A stretch of 64,000 nt of DNA from Hypanus sabinus (GCF_030144855.1 NW_026781435.1:1-64000), one strand, 5' to 3'; positions 1 through 14,000 are shown, numbered from the stretch's first letter. Numbers and translations are program-made. The notes: generated by a model from the sequence alone, not told the origin.

Positions 1-891
1 TCCGAGGCCTTGACATCACCATCGCAACACGACCGTTGTACCCATTGATTTTAGACGTAATTTCATAAGGACCATGGAATTTAGCTTGCAAAGGATTCGT
101 CTGCACTGGGAAAAGAACCAGCACCTTATCTCCAGGCTTGAACGTCCAAGCGTCTTTATCGTACCAGGTTTTAATTTTCTCCTGAACCAATTTTCAAATT
201 TCCCTGGCTGAGCTACAAGCTTTATGTAATCTTTCCTTAAATGTTAAAACGTAGTTCCATCCCTTTCCCCTGGCGAGAGCGATTAATCCCAAGAGCCTGT
301 GTTTTGAGCCGTTAAGGAGTAATGGTTCCCGTGGACAGAATGCAAGTCTCCGCTTGCAACGGATTTCTTTGGAGATCTGTCTGCCATCTCGAGAATAATT
401 TAATAACTCCCACTGGCAAAACGGCTCGTCAATCGTCCGTCTCCAGCCGCAATCCCCATCTCATTGCCTCTGGGAAATTAAATAAATTCTGGTACAATTT
501 TGTAGTGGCGGTCCTACCTGTCCAATTGGATGGAGTACATTCTATATGTGGGGAAGATAATTGCAGAGGAAAGGCCGCATGATGTCTATTTATTGATGAC
601 TCCCTCATAGTTTGGACTTTCTCCTTCTCCGATTCGACTCTTTTCCCGCCGCTGTCTGTAAAGCGTGACTGCCTGGGTGTCTTCGGCGTACTCCTGACTC
701 CTCCCACATTCCAAACATCTCTGTGTTTATTGGTTAATTGGTCATTGTAAATTGTCCCATTCGTCGGGTCGCTCGGACCGTGGAGCATTGCGTCATCCAA
801 GGCCCGAACGTTGGAATTGAACTGGAAGTAAGACCTTTGAGAATGAACCTTTCCGGTAGGCTGAGTCATGTGACCGAGTTGGTTTGGACAG
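1..891 (+). other. 3' UTR/flank of an off-window GPR139-like paralog (flank copy F0, part 1)
   Basis: Bases 1-45 and 255-891 align with the sequence downstream of the intact receptor (about 50335-51075) and of the 27808 fragment, e.g. CCTTGACATCACCATCGCAACACGACCGTTG vs CTTTACCATCACCAACGCAATACGACCGTTG. AATAAA at 481-486 matches 50654-50659. Confidence 0.85.
46..254 (-). mobile_element. Isolated ~210-bp gypsy integrase C-terminal fragment without LTRs
   Basis: Translates to ...KTWYDKDAWTFKPGDKVLVLFPVQTNPLQAKFHGPYEI (GPY/F module). About 90% identical by eye over the first 100 bp to about 3037-3255. Confidence 0.85.
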
Positions 892-1731
892 AGTTACGTT
901 CCAGCAACAATGAATATATGAGACAGTGTTATTTATTTTTACACATAAAACATTTATTAAACACTGCTAAAACATACCCAAAATAAACAAACGACTAACT
1001 TAACCGGAAGCCGGCTGCTGTGCGGCAGCTTGAACAGTTCTGAAAGCGATTATGTATAAATATGTTCTTAGAAGAAGTAATGTGAATGTCCAAATGTTTT
1101 ACCCTGTCGCTTCTGAAAGACTTTCTTGTGGTATAACTTCTTTTTTTGCAATACTGCCTATCCCAGCCAAAGTTTGCCTTGCCCGGAGGATTTACGATGA
1201 AGAAACTAAGATGGCTTAAAGGCTCTGACCTTTCCTTGGCGAAACCGTGCGCCCAGTCCTTTCTGCTCTTACAACAGGGACTAACATGTGTACCCATGAC
1301 TAATTCGTTCCGAAGGAGGATCAAACAATATCGAAACTGTTTCACCGTCGAAATCAACTTTCCTCAATCTTTCGTGTTCTCCGAACTTCGATAATTCTTT
1401 ACTCTCCGACTGAAGTTTAACTGGAAGCGATGATCAGAACTGCCCGAACAACGTTGACTTAAGGCAGAATCTAAAACTATGCTTTAAAACATAACTGCGT
1501 CATTACATTGAACACACAGCGGAATGGAGTCACTGGCAAATTCAACCACGAACTGCCCTGCGTCACACGAATGTGTTCCCCCTTTATACCCTGTTGAAAA
1601 AATAGACTATTACATGACCTGTTACTGGCGGGAAAATTACCTCACTCTGCCATCACAAGATCACAACAGTATGCCCAGCAGAGTCTCAATTACATCATGG
1701 TCATGTGACGGACACAAACGGGTACGTAATA
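892..1731 (-). repeat. 3' LTR of the Gmr1-like element
   Basis: Termini AGTTACG...CGTAATA (degenerate TGTTACG...CGTAACA). Aligns with 6147-6987 at roughly 85-90% in alignable parts. Confidence 0.9.
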
Positions 1732-4700
1732 CCTCCCTCTAAAAGAAAATGTCTGTCATGAACAAAATTTTAAAAATTAACTATTTACAGAAGAAAAAAT
1801 AAATAAAATTTACAACGTACACAGTATACATTGTATTATCATACAGCATCTTACAAATTATTACACACTAGGAGCGGTACAAATGTTAAAATATCTCTCC
1901 ATAAAACAATACAGTGCGTTCTCAACATCGATATAGACAATCAGCAATCACAGTATCTCTGCCATTATTAAGCGTTATCAAAATATTGAACTCCTGCTAC
2001 ATTAAGTTTTTATTGCTAAATTGGAGTTTAATGTATTTTCTTAACCGTTTTCCTTAACCAAGCCTGGACTTACAACAGAAATAAGGTAAGACACAGTGGC
2101 ATTTGCAAATTCACTTTCAGCTAAATTAATAGTTGCGTTAGCTTTGGAAAGTCTTTCAAATATTTTTTTCCTCTGCAGTAAAGCGTGCTTCCCAAGTATC
2201 ATTTTCTGTAATTACATTGTCACTATAGGCATCTGTGTCTTTCAATCCCTGAATCACATTTAATCATCCGCTGGAAAGGACCTGGGGCATTCTTCAACCC
2301 AAATGGAAAAACACTATATTCATATAACCCAGATGGAGTTACAAATGCAGAAATATTTCTACCTCTATCCGTTATTGGAACACAACAATCCCATTTTAAT
2401 TAATCAATCTTTGTCAGGAACTTTGCTTTTCCGACTTTATCTACACAATCATTTACTCTCGGATTTGGATATGCATCTGCTTTCGTCACAGCATTCACCT
2501 TCCTGTAATATGTATAAAACCTAATACTGCCGTCTGTTTTAGTCACCATAACACAAGGTGAACCCCAATTCGAGTTAGAAGTTTGAATAATATTACTCTC
2601 TAACATATATCTAATTTCTTTCTCAGCAAGTTCACATTTTTCCATGGTCATCCTGTATGGATGATGTTTTATTGTTTCGGCATCTCCAACATCTACATCA
2701 TGTGAAGCTGCTGTGGTCCTTCTAGGAACGTCTGAAAATAAATGTTTATACTTAAACATTAATTGCTTCATCTGTTGCTTCTACTCTGGCTGTAAATGTC
2801 CTAATTTTCCATCAATATTTTCAGAAGAGTTGAGTTTGCCAACCTGACAGAAACAATGTTACGTTGAAACTGAGTTTCAGATGAATCATCTATTATGTTC
2901 TAGTAAGTCGGACCCATTAGAATTGACCACAACAATCACAGTAGCAGACTGTTTCTCATAATATGACTGTATCGTATTTATATGGAAAAGTTGAGTTGCC
3001 CTTCTACAATCTGTTTTTATCACGGAATCCACCTCATTGATTTTAGAAGTAATTGCATAAGGACCATGAAATGTAGCATGTAAAGGAATCGTCTGCACTG
3101 GGAAAAGAACCAGCACCATATCTCCAGTATTGAACGTCCTCAGCCTAAACTACTTTATTGTACCAGGTTTTCATTTTCTCCTGAACCAATATTAAATTTT
3201 CCCTGGCTAAGCTACAAGATTTATGTAATCTATCCTTAAATATTAAAAAGTACTGCAACAAATTATTGTGTACCTCTTTATTAATCCATTGTTCTTTTAA
3301 TAAAGTTAATGGTTCTCTAACAATATGCGCAAATACCAATTCAAATGGACTGAAACGTAAGGATTCAGTCCGACTGCCTTACTGCAAATAGAAGCAAGCA
3401 TATATCCACATCCCAATCATTTTCATTTTCCACACAATATCTCCTAATCATATTCTTGAGGGTAGAATGAAATCTCTCCAAGGCATCTTTCGATTTGGGA
3501 TGATATGCAGACGAAGTTATTTGCTTAGCTAACAATTTATAAACTATCTGTTGCAACAATCCATACATAAAATTACTGCCTTGATCAGATTGTATTTCCT
3601 TAGGTAACCCAAAATAAGTAAAGGATTTTATAAGAGCCTTTATTCCTGTTTCAATTGTTATATTTCTAAGCGGTACCGCCTCTGGAAACCTGGACGCACT
3701 GCAGATGATAGTCAGCAAGGACTGATAACCTGTTTTTGTTTTTGGTAATGGACGACACAATCATATAATAATTTTAGAAAATGGTTCACCGAATGCTGGA
3801 ATAGGTTGCAATGGAGCTACTAGTGTAACTTGATATGGTTTACCCAGAATTTGGCAAGTCTGACACCTTCAGCAATACGTCACCACGTCTTTTCTCAAAC
3901 CAGGCCAGCAAAAATGTTTTAAAATCTTTTGCTTTTTTCCTCAATCCTTCATGTCCGAATAAGGGCACGCTATGGGCTAAAGTTATCATCTAATTTCGAT
4001 AAACTGCAGGCACAACTACCTAGTGAACAATATTCCATTCATCACTTGCAGGAATTGTAGGCGATCTCCACGTCCTCATCAATACTCCTTTCTGAAAATA
4101 ATATTCTACCGGCACCTTATCCAGTTCTCTATCCGGTAGAGCTCGTTCATTTAATTTAATAATCTCAGGGTCTCTACTCTCCTCTGTTATCATTTCCTTC
4201 TGAGAAAGAGACAAATCTTCATGGTCAATCTTACTCCAAGAATCTTGTTCAAACAATGAGGTAAAAAAGTTTCTGATACATCCTGAACACTCGAATCCTG
4301 AGTTAAACAGTCATGGGTAACAATTTCATTCTGAACATCAATCTATTTAGCCATAGCTCACAGGAACAATCTGTGTAGCATTCAGCAGTTGTTCCTCTCA
4401 CTTTATTGTCAAATGCACTTCTGGAAAAACGTAACGACCTGCCATGTCATTACCTAACAATAAAGAAACATCCTTCACAGTTAAGCTAGGCTGTAGTCCT
4501 ACTTTAACAAGTCCTGTAATAATCCTGACCTTTAAGTTACTTCATGAAAATGTACAGGCATAAGGGCACTCCCAACACCTCGTATGTAATTTCCCTCAGC
4601 GGTGTAAGGCTCCTCGTTACATTTTAACACATTTAACACACTGTCTAACATCAGCGATTAATTAGCTCCAGTATTCCTAACGGTTTTTATTGGTACCGGA

Positions 4701-6146
4701 GAAGATCCTTTTTTCCAGGATACAAGCACTTCAGTTTTAAACTGGTCATACCCCTTCCTAATTTGGTCAGACTCTAACAAAGCTTCATTAGTGTTTATCA
4801 AACCCTCTGGATATACAGGTGTTTCGGTATGTGGCACACACACATCTGGGACTGCTTCCTTCTGCTCTTTCAGCCGGAAACAGTTAGCTATTATTTGACC
4901 TGGTTAATTACAATAATTACAGTGGGACCAAACTGGATTTCCTGCACAGGTTTTCCGTCAATCTTACCTTTCTGACTAACACCTGATTTAATTTCTGGTT
5001 TACCTTGAAGCTCTGTGTAATTTTTCCTTTTAAATGATCTGACCTGAATAAATGTATTCTTATGGATTAAAACATACTCCTCAGCTAATTTAGCACACTC
5101 CTGAAATGTAGTAGTGTCTCTCTCAGTTACGTATATCCTGATTTCATCAGGAATACCCCTTTTAAATTGTTCCATTAAAATCAGCTTTTTCAATTCATTA
5201 TATTACCCATTTACATTTTTGGAGGTAACCCATCTCTCAAAACATGCAACTTTATTGGAGGCTAATTCCACATAAGCATTTTTTCCACTGATTTCTTCGA
5301 ATTTCTGCATCTTTCTCTATATGCTTCTCGGAATAGATCAGATGCCTTCAATATGCACACTTTCACAGTATCATAATCAAGTGCTTGCTAAACAGTTAAA
5401 GCTATATAAACCTGTGGTGCTTTGCACTTAATTACACTCAGTAACAGCACTGATCATTTATTTCCCGGCCACTCTGAAATCAGCGCAACTGTTACAAAAT
5501 GTTGCAAACATTTTTATACTTCTTTTTCACAAAATGGCGGGACAATCTAATTTCCTGACTAACAAAAAACTTGTTTCTAGAACCAGGAGACTGACTCTCA
5601 GTCTTTAATTCCGACATCGCAAGTTCAAATTCCCTCTGTTTATTCTCAGCTTCGAACCAGCGTAATTCCAAATCAGCTTCTAAATGTTTCTTTTTATTTT
5701 CAGCTTCTAATCGACTGAGATCCACGTTAGCTTCCAAATTCCTTCTGTTTTACTTCAGCTTCTATGTTACGCTTTCCTATTGCTGCTTGTTTCAGGTGTA
5801 ATTGAATCGCTGCTTTACTCACAGGAAACTTATCTAAAATCGATACATCGAAAACATGTGAAACAACGAAGTGTTGCGCTATTTCTCTCTGAATGACAGA
5901 CATTGTTGTATCTTTCGTGATACCTGTAAGTTCCAAGATACTAGCAGTTTCAGATACATCACACGTTTTCGCCTTCGCTAATAACTCCAGATCTGGCGAT
6001 GCCCGGAATTCGTCAATGCTCATTATTGCCGAATACGACTCAAAAGCCAATCAAACAAAATAATCGGGTCTAACACTTTCCAAAACACCGTTCGAAAATT
6101 AAATAAGCATTTAAGCTCAAAATAGTTTATCCCACAAGCCCCCAAT

Positions 6147-6987
6147 TTCTACGTTCCAGCAGCAATTAATCTATTGAGACCTCTTTTTTAAAAAAAATTC
6201 CAGAAGTAAAAAATCGACGAACATAACCGGAAGTCGGCTGCTGTGCGGCAGCTTGAACAGTTCTGAAAGCGATAAAGCGAAAACAGATCTTAAAGCGATT
6301 GTGAATAAATATATTCTTAGAAGAAGTAATACGAAAGTCCAAATGTTTTACTCAGTCGCTTCGGAGAGACTTTCTTGTGGTATAAATTCTTTTATTGCGT
6401 TACTGCCAATCCCAGCCAAAGTATGCCTTACCCGGAGGACTTGCGATGAAGAAAATAAGATGGTTTAAAGGCACTGACCTTTCTTTGGCGAAACCCTGCA
6501 CCCAGTCATTTCTGCTCTTACAACAGGGACTAGTATGGTTACAGATGACTAATTCTTTCCGAAGGAGGATCAAACAATGTCGAAACTATTTCACCGACAA
6601 AGTCAACATTCCTCAATCTTTCGGGTTCTCCGCACTTAGATAATTCTTTTCTCTCCGACTGAAGTTTAACTGGCAGTAATTTTCTGAATTGCCGGATCAA
6701 CCTTTGACATAAGGCAGAAAGTAAAATTCCACGTTAAAGCAAATCTGCGTCAGCTCATCGAATTCGCAACGGTACGGAGTCACTGGCAAATTCAACCACG
6801 AACTGCCGCGCGTCGCAGTGCGGCTTTCCCCTTTTATACACTGTTGAGAAAAAACCTATCCCATGACCTCAAAGTGGCGGGGAAATTACGTCACTCCACC
6901 ATCACCAGGCCATTACATCATGCCCAGCAGAGCCTCAATGACAGCATAATCATGTGGCAGGCACAATCTACCCACCGGTTAGTAAAA
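6147..6987 (-). repeat. 5' LTR of the Gmr1-like element
   Basis: Partner of 892-1731, immediately adjacent to the PBS at 6129-6144. Confidence 0.9.
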
Positions 6988-7880
6988 ATAGCATGGCTTC
7001 AAGTAAAGTACAGAGGGCAGTGATGGAGGACATCCATTCTGCATGTGAGAATTGTTGGAAATGTCCTTGCGTTTGACTTGGTCGAAAATGGGAGTGACTC
7101 ATAGATACTCTTGCAGACGACACAGACGTGATTGAGTTGTAGATGTTGAGGGAGCCTGTTAAAAGTCCAGTTGGAAATATAGCCGAGGAAATGAAAATTT
7201 TGTCATTCCAATAGGGCAGATTGTGCTCGAATGATACTGAAATAATAGAACAGCATTATTATTTTTAAATATAGAAGAAATGGAAAGAACAGAAGACGTT
7301 TTATGCTGAGGTACTACAAGAATGTTCAGCTTGGTAGGAACATCTGTTCGTGGACTAGTAATTCAGTAACTCTGCTGCTGGATTCACTAATCTGCAAGAA
7401 TAAAAACGTAGATTTGTATTCCGCCAGCAAGTGGAAGTTTGTGAGCAGAGAATTTATGCTGTAACCCGCGAATCGCATTTTATACACAAAGCATAAAAAA
7501 CATTCCATAGTTAATGTCCGAAAGTGAGTCCTTCCCTGGAACAGTGATATATGTAACTGAATCGGATGTCAGCAATTCGGCTAAGTAATAATCTTACAGA
7601 TGACACAGAAACGTTGACACGTTTACAAGCATGACATTTACTCAGGGCGTGGTGGGTCCATGCGATGCGGTTCCTGGAGTGGTGGTAGAGGCATAAGGAT
7701 AAGTGGCCTTTAAAATTAGCCAAGACAGACTTTTTTTCTATGAGGAAAATGGAAGGATATGCTCATTTTACAAGCAGAAAATATCAGTTAGCCATTATGG
7801 AAACATAGAAAATCTACAGCACAATACAGGAAATTCGGACGGCAAAGCTGTACAGAGCATCGTGTTACGGATAAGCTCCA
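6988..7880 (+). other. 3' flank copy F0, part 2 (old CR1-derived sequence shared by the receptor units)
   Basis: Colinear with about 51075-51790 and, apart from the solo LTR, with 32814-35010. Contains a decayed CR1 RT motif (CTTGCAGACGACACA, ADDT). Confidence 0.8.
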
Positions 7881-10370
7881 TGTGCCTATCCAGGAGACGC
7901 TTAAAAAGCCCTTTGCTCATCCGCCTTCACCACCGTCACCGGCAGCCCCTTCCACACACTCACCAATCTCGCGTGAAAAACGTAACCTGACAACTCCGCT
8001 GCACCTCCTTCCAGCAGCCTAAAGCTGTGCCCTCTTGTGATAGCCATTTCAAACCTAGTATAAAGCCTTTGACTATCCAGATGATCAATGCATCTCATCA
8101 CCTTATACAGCTCTATAAGGTCACCACTCACCCCCCTTCTCTCCAAGGACAAAAGATCAATCTCATAAGGCATGCTCCCCAATCTAGGCAACATACTTGT
8201 GAATCTGCTCTGCACACTTTCTTTGGTTTCCAGATCCATCCTGTAGAGAGGCCTCCAGATCTGAGTACTCCAACTGGGGTGTGAATAGGATACAAAATAG
8301 CTACAACATTACCTCTCAGTACTTAAGCACAATCCCACGTTTGTTGAAGGAGAATGCACTGTATGCCTTGTGAACCACAGGGTCAACCTACGCAGCCGCT
8401 TTGAGCTTCCTGGCCTTGGACCCCAAAACACTACTGCAAATTGACACTGCATAGTCTTACCAGTAATAGTATATTTTGCCATCATATTTGACCTAACAAA
8501 ATGAACCACTTCACATTTACGTACGTTGAACTACATCTGTCACTTCAATGCACAGTTTTGCATTCTATCAATGTCCCACTGTAACATCTGACAGCCCTGC
8601 ACACTACCCACAACACCTCAAACCATTGTGTTATCAGCAAATTCACAAACCATTCCATCCAGCTCCCCATCCAGGGCAATTATAAAAACCGGGAAGAATA
8701 AAGGTCCCAGCACCGATCACTGCGACACAACCATTGGTCATCGAATCCATACAGAATACGACCGGTCTACAACCACTGTTTGCCTTCGGTGTGCAAGACC
8801 GCTGTGGATAACAAAGTAATGCCCCTTGGATCCCATGCCTCCTTTCTTTTTCAATTAGGCTTATATGGGGCACCTAATTAAATGCCTTGATGAAATCCAG
8901 ATACACTGGATTCGTTCTTCGACTGCTTGTTGATTGACCTCCTCAAAAAATGCAATCAGGCTTGGCAGGGAAGACCAACCCTCGACAAAATGATGCTGAC
9001 TGATCCTAATCGTATCATAACTCTCCAAATGATCAAAAATCCTGCCTGTTAAGATCTTCTCCTTCATCTTACCAACCACTGAAGTAAGAGTCACTGTCAA
9101 ACGCCACAAAAATATACCCTGAACTTTTGCTAAATTTCATACATAATCTGTGTTAATCTGTTCCTAATTTAAGCTTCCAATTTCCTCCCTGATAGCCTCA
9201 CAATTCCGCTTACTCCACTCAAAAGCTTTTCTAAATTGTCTAATTCTATCTCTCTACAATAAGTCTGTCTAAGGAAGATAGAACTATGATCACTACCTTC
9301 AACATTCTCTCCCACTGAGTGATCTGACACCCGACCATTTTCATTTCTTCATTTCCCAATACAACACAAAGTACATTCACCAGAAATGTAGGCTTATCTA
9401 CATATTTTGAAAAGGGAGCTTCATGAACATACCTAGCAAACTCCACCTCATCTAAACCCATGCTCAGGGGTGATAACAATCGATATTTGGGAATTTAACG
9501 TCTCCCATTACGACAACTCTGCTGTTATTACAACTTTCCAGAATTTGTCCCCATCTGCGCTTCGATATCCCTGTTACGGCTTACAAAGACACCCAGTAAA
9601 TATATTGACCCTTCCTGTTCCTAACCTCCACCACAAAGTCCCCGTAGACAATTCCTCCATGCTGTCCAACTGTTTTGCTGCCGTGACACACTCTCTGTTA
9701 AAACGTGCCACGCCCCCTTTTCTTTTGCCTCACTCCCTATCCGTGAGCCATCCAAGTCCCTGCAATAGCCAGCACATTGAAGCTAGAAGTACTGATCCAC
9801 GCTTAAAACTCATCCGCTTTGTTCACAATACTCATTGCGTGAGAATAGACACATCTCTAACCTCCGGTCTCAGCGCGTCCCTTCTCGATCAGACACTCAC
9901 TCACACACGCACATGCCTGTCCTCACTCAAGCGCTGCCTACAATTTTTTTTCTATTTGTGAATTTTTATTTTCTATTTTTTTCTATTTTCACGTCCTATT
10001 CTTCAGTTCGGTTCCTATCATCCAACAATTCTATTGAGACTCTCTCCATTAGCTTAGCAAACCTCCCCAGCAGGATATTGGTCCCCTTGGGATACAAATG
10101 CAACGCTTTCTATTTGTACAGGTCACACCTGCCTCAAAAGAGGTCCCAAAGATCCAGAAATCTGAATCCATGTTCGCTGCTCCAATCCTTCAGCCACGCA
10201 TTTATCCTCCATCCCATTCTATTCCTGTCCCGTTGTGACAGTCAATAATCCGGAGATTACCAGCTTTGCGGTCCAGCTTCTCAACAGCCTCCCTGACTCC
10301 AAGTAGTCTTTTTCAGGACCTTTTTCATTGGTATCCATATGCACCACGACCTCTAGCTGTTCCCCCTCTC
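7880..10370 (-). mobile_element. Decayed CR1 LINE with internal deletions, shared between paralogous flanks
   Basis: RT, endonuclease and ORF1 esterase remnants (SLERRGVSGDLIELYK, LTLTSVVGK). Starts at the same flank position as the CR1 copies at about 35010 and 51790. Confidence 0.8.
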
Positions 10371-10376
10371 ACTGTA

Positions 10377-10378
<2 letters not shown>

Positions 10379-10426
<48 letters not shown>
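10379..10426. repeat. (AT)n microsatellite
   Basis: Uninterrupted AT run in the sequence. Confidence 0.98.
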
Positions 10427-10431
<5 letters not shown>

Positions 10432-11059
10432 GTAGAGCCTCCTCTCTTGTAGGGTTACTAGATAGTTTGTCGTTCTTACGCCGACTTGTGGATCAGCCTA
10501 CCAGATTGGGTCCTGTGAAAGGATTCGGAAATGCTTGGGGCGCTGAAGTCAAACGAACGTTTGTGAAGCAGTTATCAGACTATAGTTGCGTTTGATTTCA
10601 AATATGATGGGGAAAATTGGTGTGTGACGCAGCAGTGTTTCAGTGGAGGAAAGGAAATTACAGTGGTATGAGCAAGGTCTTGGCCAAATAAAAACTGATG
10701 GATACGCTGCCAGGATTGTCTGCAGGGCAGAAATGCGGCGATTTCCTGATAAAACAGCGGCAAATGCAGAACACCTGCATTCTACAAACAAATAAATACA
10801 GAAATGACAAATTAGGACAATCGTGTCAGAACGTAAAAGCAGAAGAGAAGGCATATAACAGGGCAAAAGCCACTGGGAAAACAGCAGATTAGAAACTTTT
10901 ACGATGAAATATACAAACAAGCTAGTGACAAAAAATATCAAGGTGGGTGGGAAAACTGTTGGGAAACAACGATTTAGGAATTGTGCTCCTGCGGTCCGCC
11001 GCACTGCGGAAAATAGTCCAGCTCCGTCAACTCTCCTCCATGCAGGCTAACGCGTCTTT

Positions 11060-14000
11060 TACCTTCATAACGAAGGTGAATCGAGTCAAGAGGCTGAGAA
11101 TGGAAGACTGAAGCAGCGCGAAGGGTCATTTTCTTTACTGCAACTGATAGTGAAGAAGAGGCTTACTGCGCAGGCGCGTGACGTAGCGCGGCCAGGTTTA
11201 AAAGGAAGCCATCATCTGCAGCGGCCATCATCGGGGCGTCCATTGTTGCAGTGAAGTGCGTCAGAATCTGACGGCTTTGGCGAGAAGCAATCAGAGGCGA
11301 GGGTAGGCTCCAGCAAGTTTCTGTTTTTCTTTTTCTTTTTGATGTTGTTCAGATGAGAGAATATGCCAGGCTGGATGTTGGAATACTCCTCTTTCAGGAT
11401 GTGTCTGACAACGATAACTGCAAGAAGTGCATCCAGCTTCAGCTCCTAACAGCGGTAGTGATAGGGGACTCCATAGTCAGGGTTCCATAGGCAGAAGATA
11501 CAGGGGTCGAGACAGAGCCTGCCGGATGGTTTGTTGCCTCCCGGGTGTCAGGGTCAGGTATGTCTCTGATCGCGTACACAGCATTCTGAAGTGTGAGGGT
11601 GATCAGGCAGATGTTGTGATACACTTCGGTACCAATGACATAGGTAGAAATGGTCAGGAGGTCCTGAAGAGTGAGTCTTGAGTGTTTGATAGGAAGTTGA
11701 AAAACAGGACTTCGAGGGTAGTAATCTCCCGGATGCTGCGTGTGCCACGTGCCAGTGAGGGTAAGAGTAGGATGCTCTGGCCGAACACGTGAGAAACTGG
11801 TGTAGGGGGCAGGGTTTCAGATTTCTAGATCATTGGGACCTGTTTTGGGGCAGGTAGTGCCTGCACAAGAGAGACGGGTTACACCTGAACTACAGGGGGA
11901 GCAATATACTTGCATGGAGTTTTGCTAGTGTTGTTGGGGAGGGTTTAAACGAGTTTTGCAAAGGGGTGGGAGCCAGATTGTCAGAGCAGATAGTGGAACG
12001 GGGGTAAAAATAAATTATGTTAGTAGTTCATGCAAACTCATAAATAGTATGGTTGTGTGTTGTGCTAGCAATCTTCTGAGGTGTGTATATTTCAAAGCAA
12101 GGAATATTGTGGAAAAGAAAAAAGAGATGAGGGCCTGGATTGACATGTGGAGTTATGACATCATAACCATGACTGAAACTTTGCTACAGGAGGGGCAGGA
12201 CTGGCAGCTCAGTGTTCCAGGGTTCCGATGTTTCAGACGGGATCGAGGCAGATGAATGAAGGCTGGGGTGGTGGCTTTGATATTGGGGGAAAATATTACA
12301 GCAGTGCTTCGACAAGACAGATTAGAGGGCATGACGACTGAGGCCATGTGGGTGGAGATGAGAAACAGAAAAGGTATGAGCACATTAAAAGGCTGTATTA
12401 TAGACCCTCCAATACATAAAAAAAAACAATAAATCAGGAGGGCGAAAAGACATGATGTTGCTTTGGCAGTCAGGGAGGAGGCTAATCCTAAGAACTTCTA
12501 CAGGTATGTTAAGAGCAAAAGGATACTAAGGGTAAAAGTTGGTCCTCTTGAAGTTCAGAGTGGTCGGCTACGTATGGAACCAAAAGAAACGTGAGAGATA
12601 TTAAATGTTGCTTTTCTCGCATCTAGATTTACTCAGGAAACTGGAATGTCGTTTATGGAAAGAAGGCAAACAAGTAGAGAGTTCATGGAACTCATATAGA
12701 TTAAAGAGGAGGAGGTGCTTGCTGTCTTGAGGCAAATCAGAATAGATAAATCCCCAGGAGCTGACACGGTATTCCCTCGGACCTTAAAGGAGACTCGTGT
12801 TGAAATTGCCGCGGCCCTTGCAGAAATATTTAACGTCGTAATCCACGTGTCAGGTGCTGGAGGAGTGGAGGATAGCTCATGTCGTTCCGTTGTTTAAAAA
12901 AGGCTCAGAAAGTGGGCTGGAGAATTATAGGCCGGTACATTTGACATCGGTATTAGGTAAATTATTGGAAGGAACGCTAAGAGCTAGGATCGACATGTAT
13001 TTGGATACACACGGACTGATTAGAAAAAAAAAAACAGCACAGCTTCGGGCTTGGTAGGTCATGTTTAACCAATCTGTTAGAGTTTTTCGAGGAAGATACC
13101 AGGAAAGTGGATGAAGGGAAGGCAGTGGATGTTGTACACATGGATTTCAGTAAGACCTTTAACAAGGTTAGGCATGGGAGGTTAGTGGCAAATTGGATCA
13201 GCAAATTTGCTGATGATACAAAGATTGGAGGGGTAGTGAATAGTGAGGAATGTTTTTAAAGATTACAGAGGGATTTTGACCAGTTGGTGGAATGGGCAGA
13301 AAAATGGCACATGGAGTTTAATACGGACGTGTGAGATATTGCAATTCGAAATGTCAAACCAAGTTAGAACATGCAAAGTAAATGGTAGGACACTGAGGAG
13401 TGCAGTAGATCAGAGGGATCTGGGAGTACAGATACATCATTCCCTAAAAGTGGCATCTCAGGTCGATAGGGTTGCAAAGAGAGTTTTTGGTACATTGGCC
13501 TTTATAAATCAAAGGATTGAGTTTAAGAGATGCAATGTAATGGTGAGGACGTATAAGACAATTGTGAGACAGAATTTAGAGTATTGTGTGCAATTCTGGT
13601 CACCTAATTACAGGACGGATATTAATCAGGTTGAAGGTGTGCAGAGAAGTTTTACAAGGATGTTTACCGGACGTGAGAAACTGAGTTACAGAAAAAAATG
13701 TGGAATAGGTTAGAACTTTATTCCCTGGAGCGTAGACGAATGAGGGGAGATTTGATAGAGGTGTATAAAATTATGATGGGTATAGATAGAGTGAATGCAA
13801 GCAGGTTTTCTCCACTGAGGCCAGGGGAGAAAAAATAAGCAGAGGTCATGGGTTAAGGGTGAAAGGAGAAAAGTTTAAAGGGAACTTTTGGGGTTGGGGC
13901 TGCTTTTCACGCAGAGAGTGTTTGGAGTGTGGAATGTGCTGCCAGATGAAGAGGTGAATCCGGGTTGACTTTTGACATTTAAGAAGTAGTTGGACAGATA

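Larger units (their letters stand above)
892..6987 (-). mobile_element. Decayed Gmr1-like Ty3/gypsy LTR retrotransposon
   Basis: Two ~840-bp LTRs (892-1731 and 6147-6987). tRNA-Pro-like PBS TGGGGGCTTGTGGGAT at 6129-6144 and PPT AGAGGGAGG at 1732-1740. Probable TSD ACAG (888-891)/ATAG (6988-6991), with host flank contiguous on both sides. Minus-strand order: gag (6050-4891), protease (RNTGAN near 4660), integrase (4256-2886), RT (2771 to about 2050, LKNAPG), RNase H tail (about 1930-2000). Many stops and frameshifts. Confidence 0.92.

Noticed and set aside
429-869. 146-aa ORF with similar ORFs at 29555-29980 and 50764-51131, suggesting a small gene family
   Set aside because: They overlap the duplicated 3' flank, which is decayed SINE/CR1-like sequence. 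Frames, strands and stops differ between copies.
1146-1394. Near-identical ORFs at 1146-1394 and 6395-6643
   Set aside because: Both lie inside the paired LTRs, so the similarity reflects LTR duplication. No protein motif was seen.
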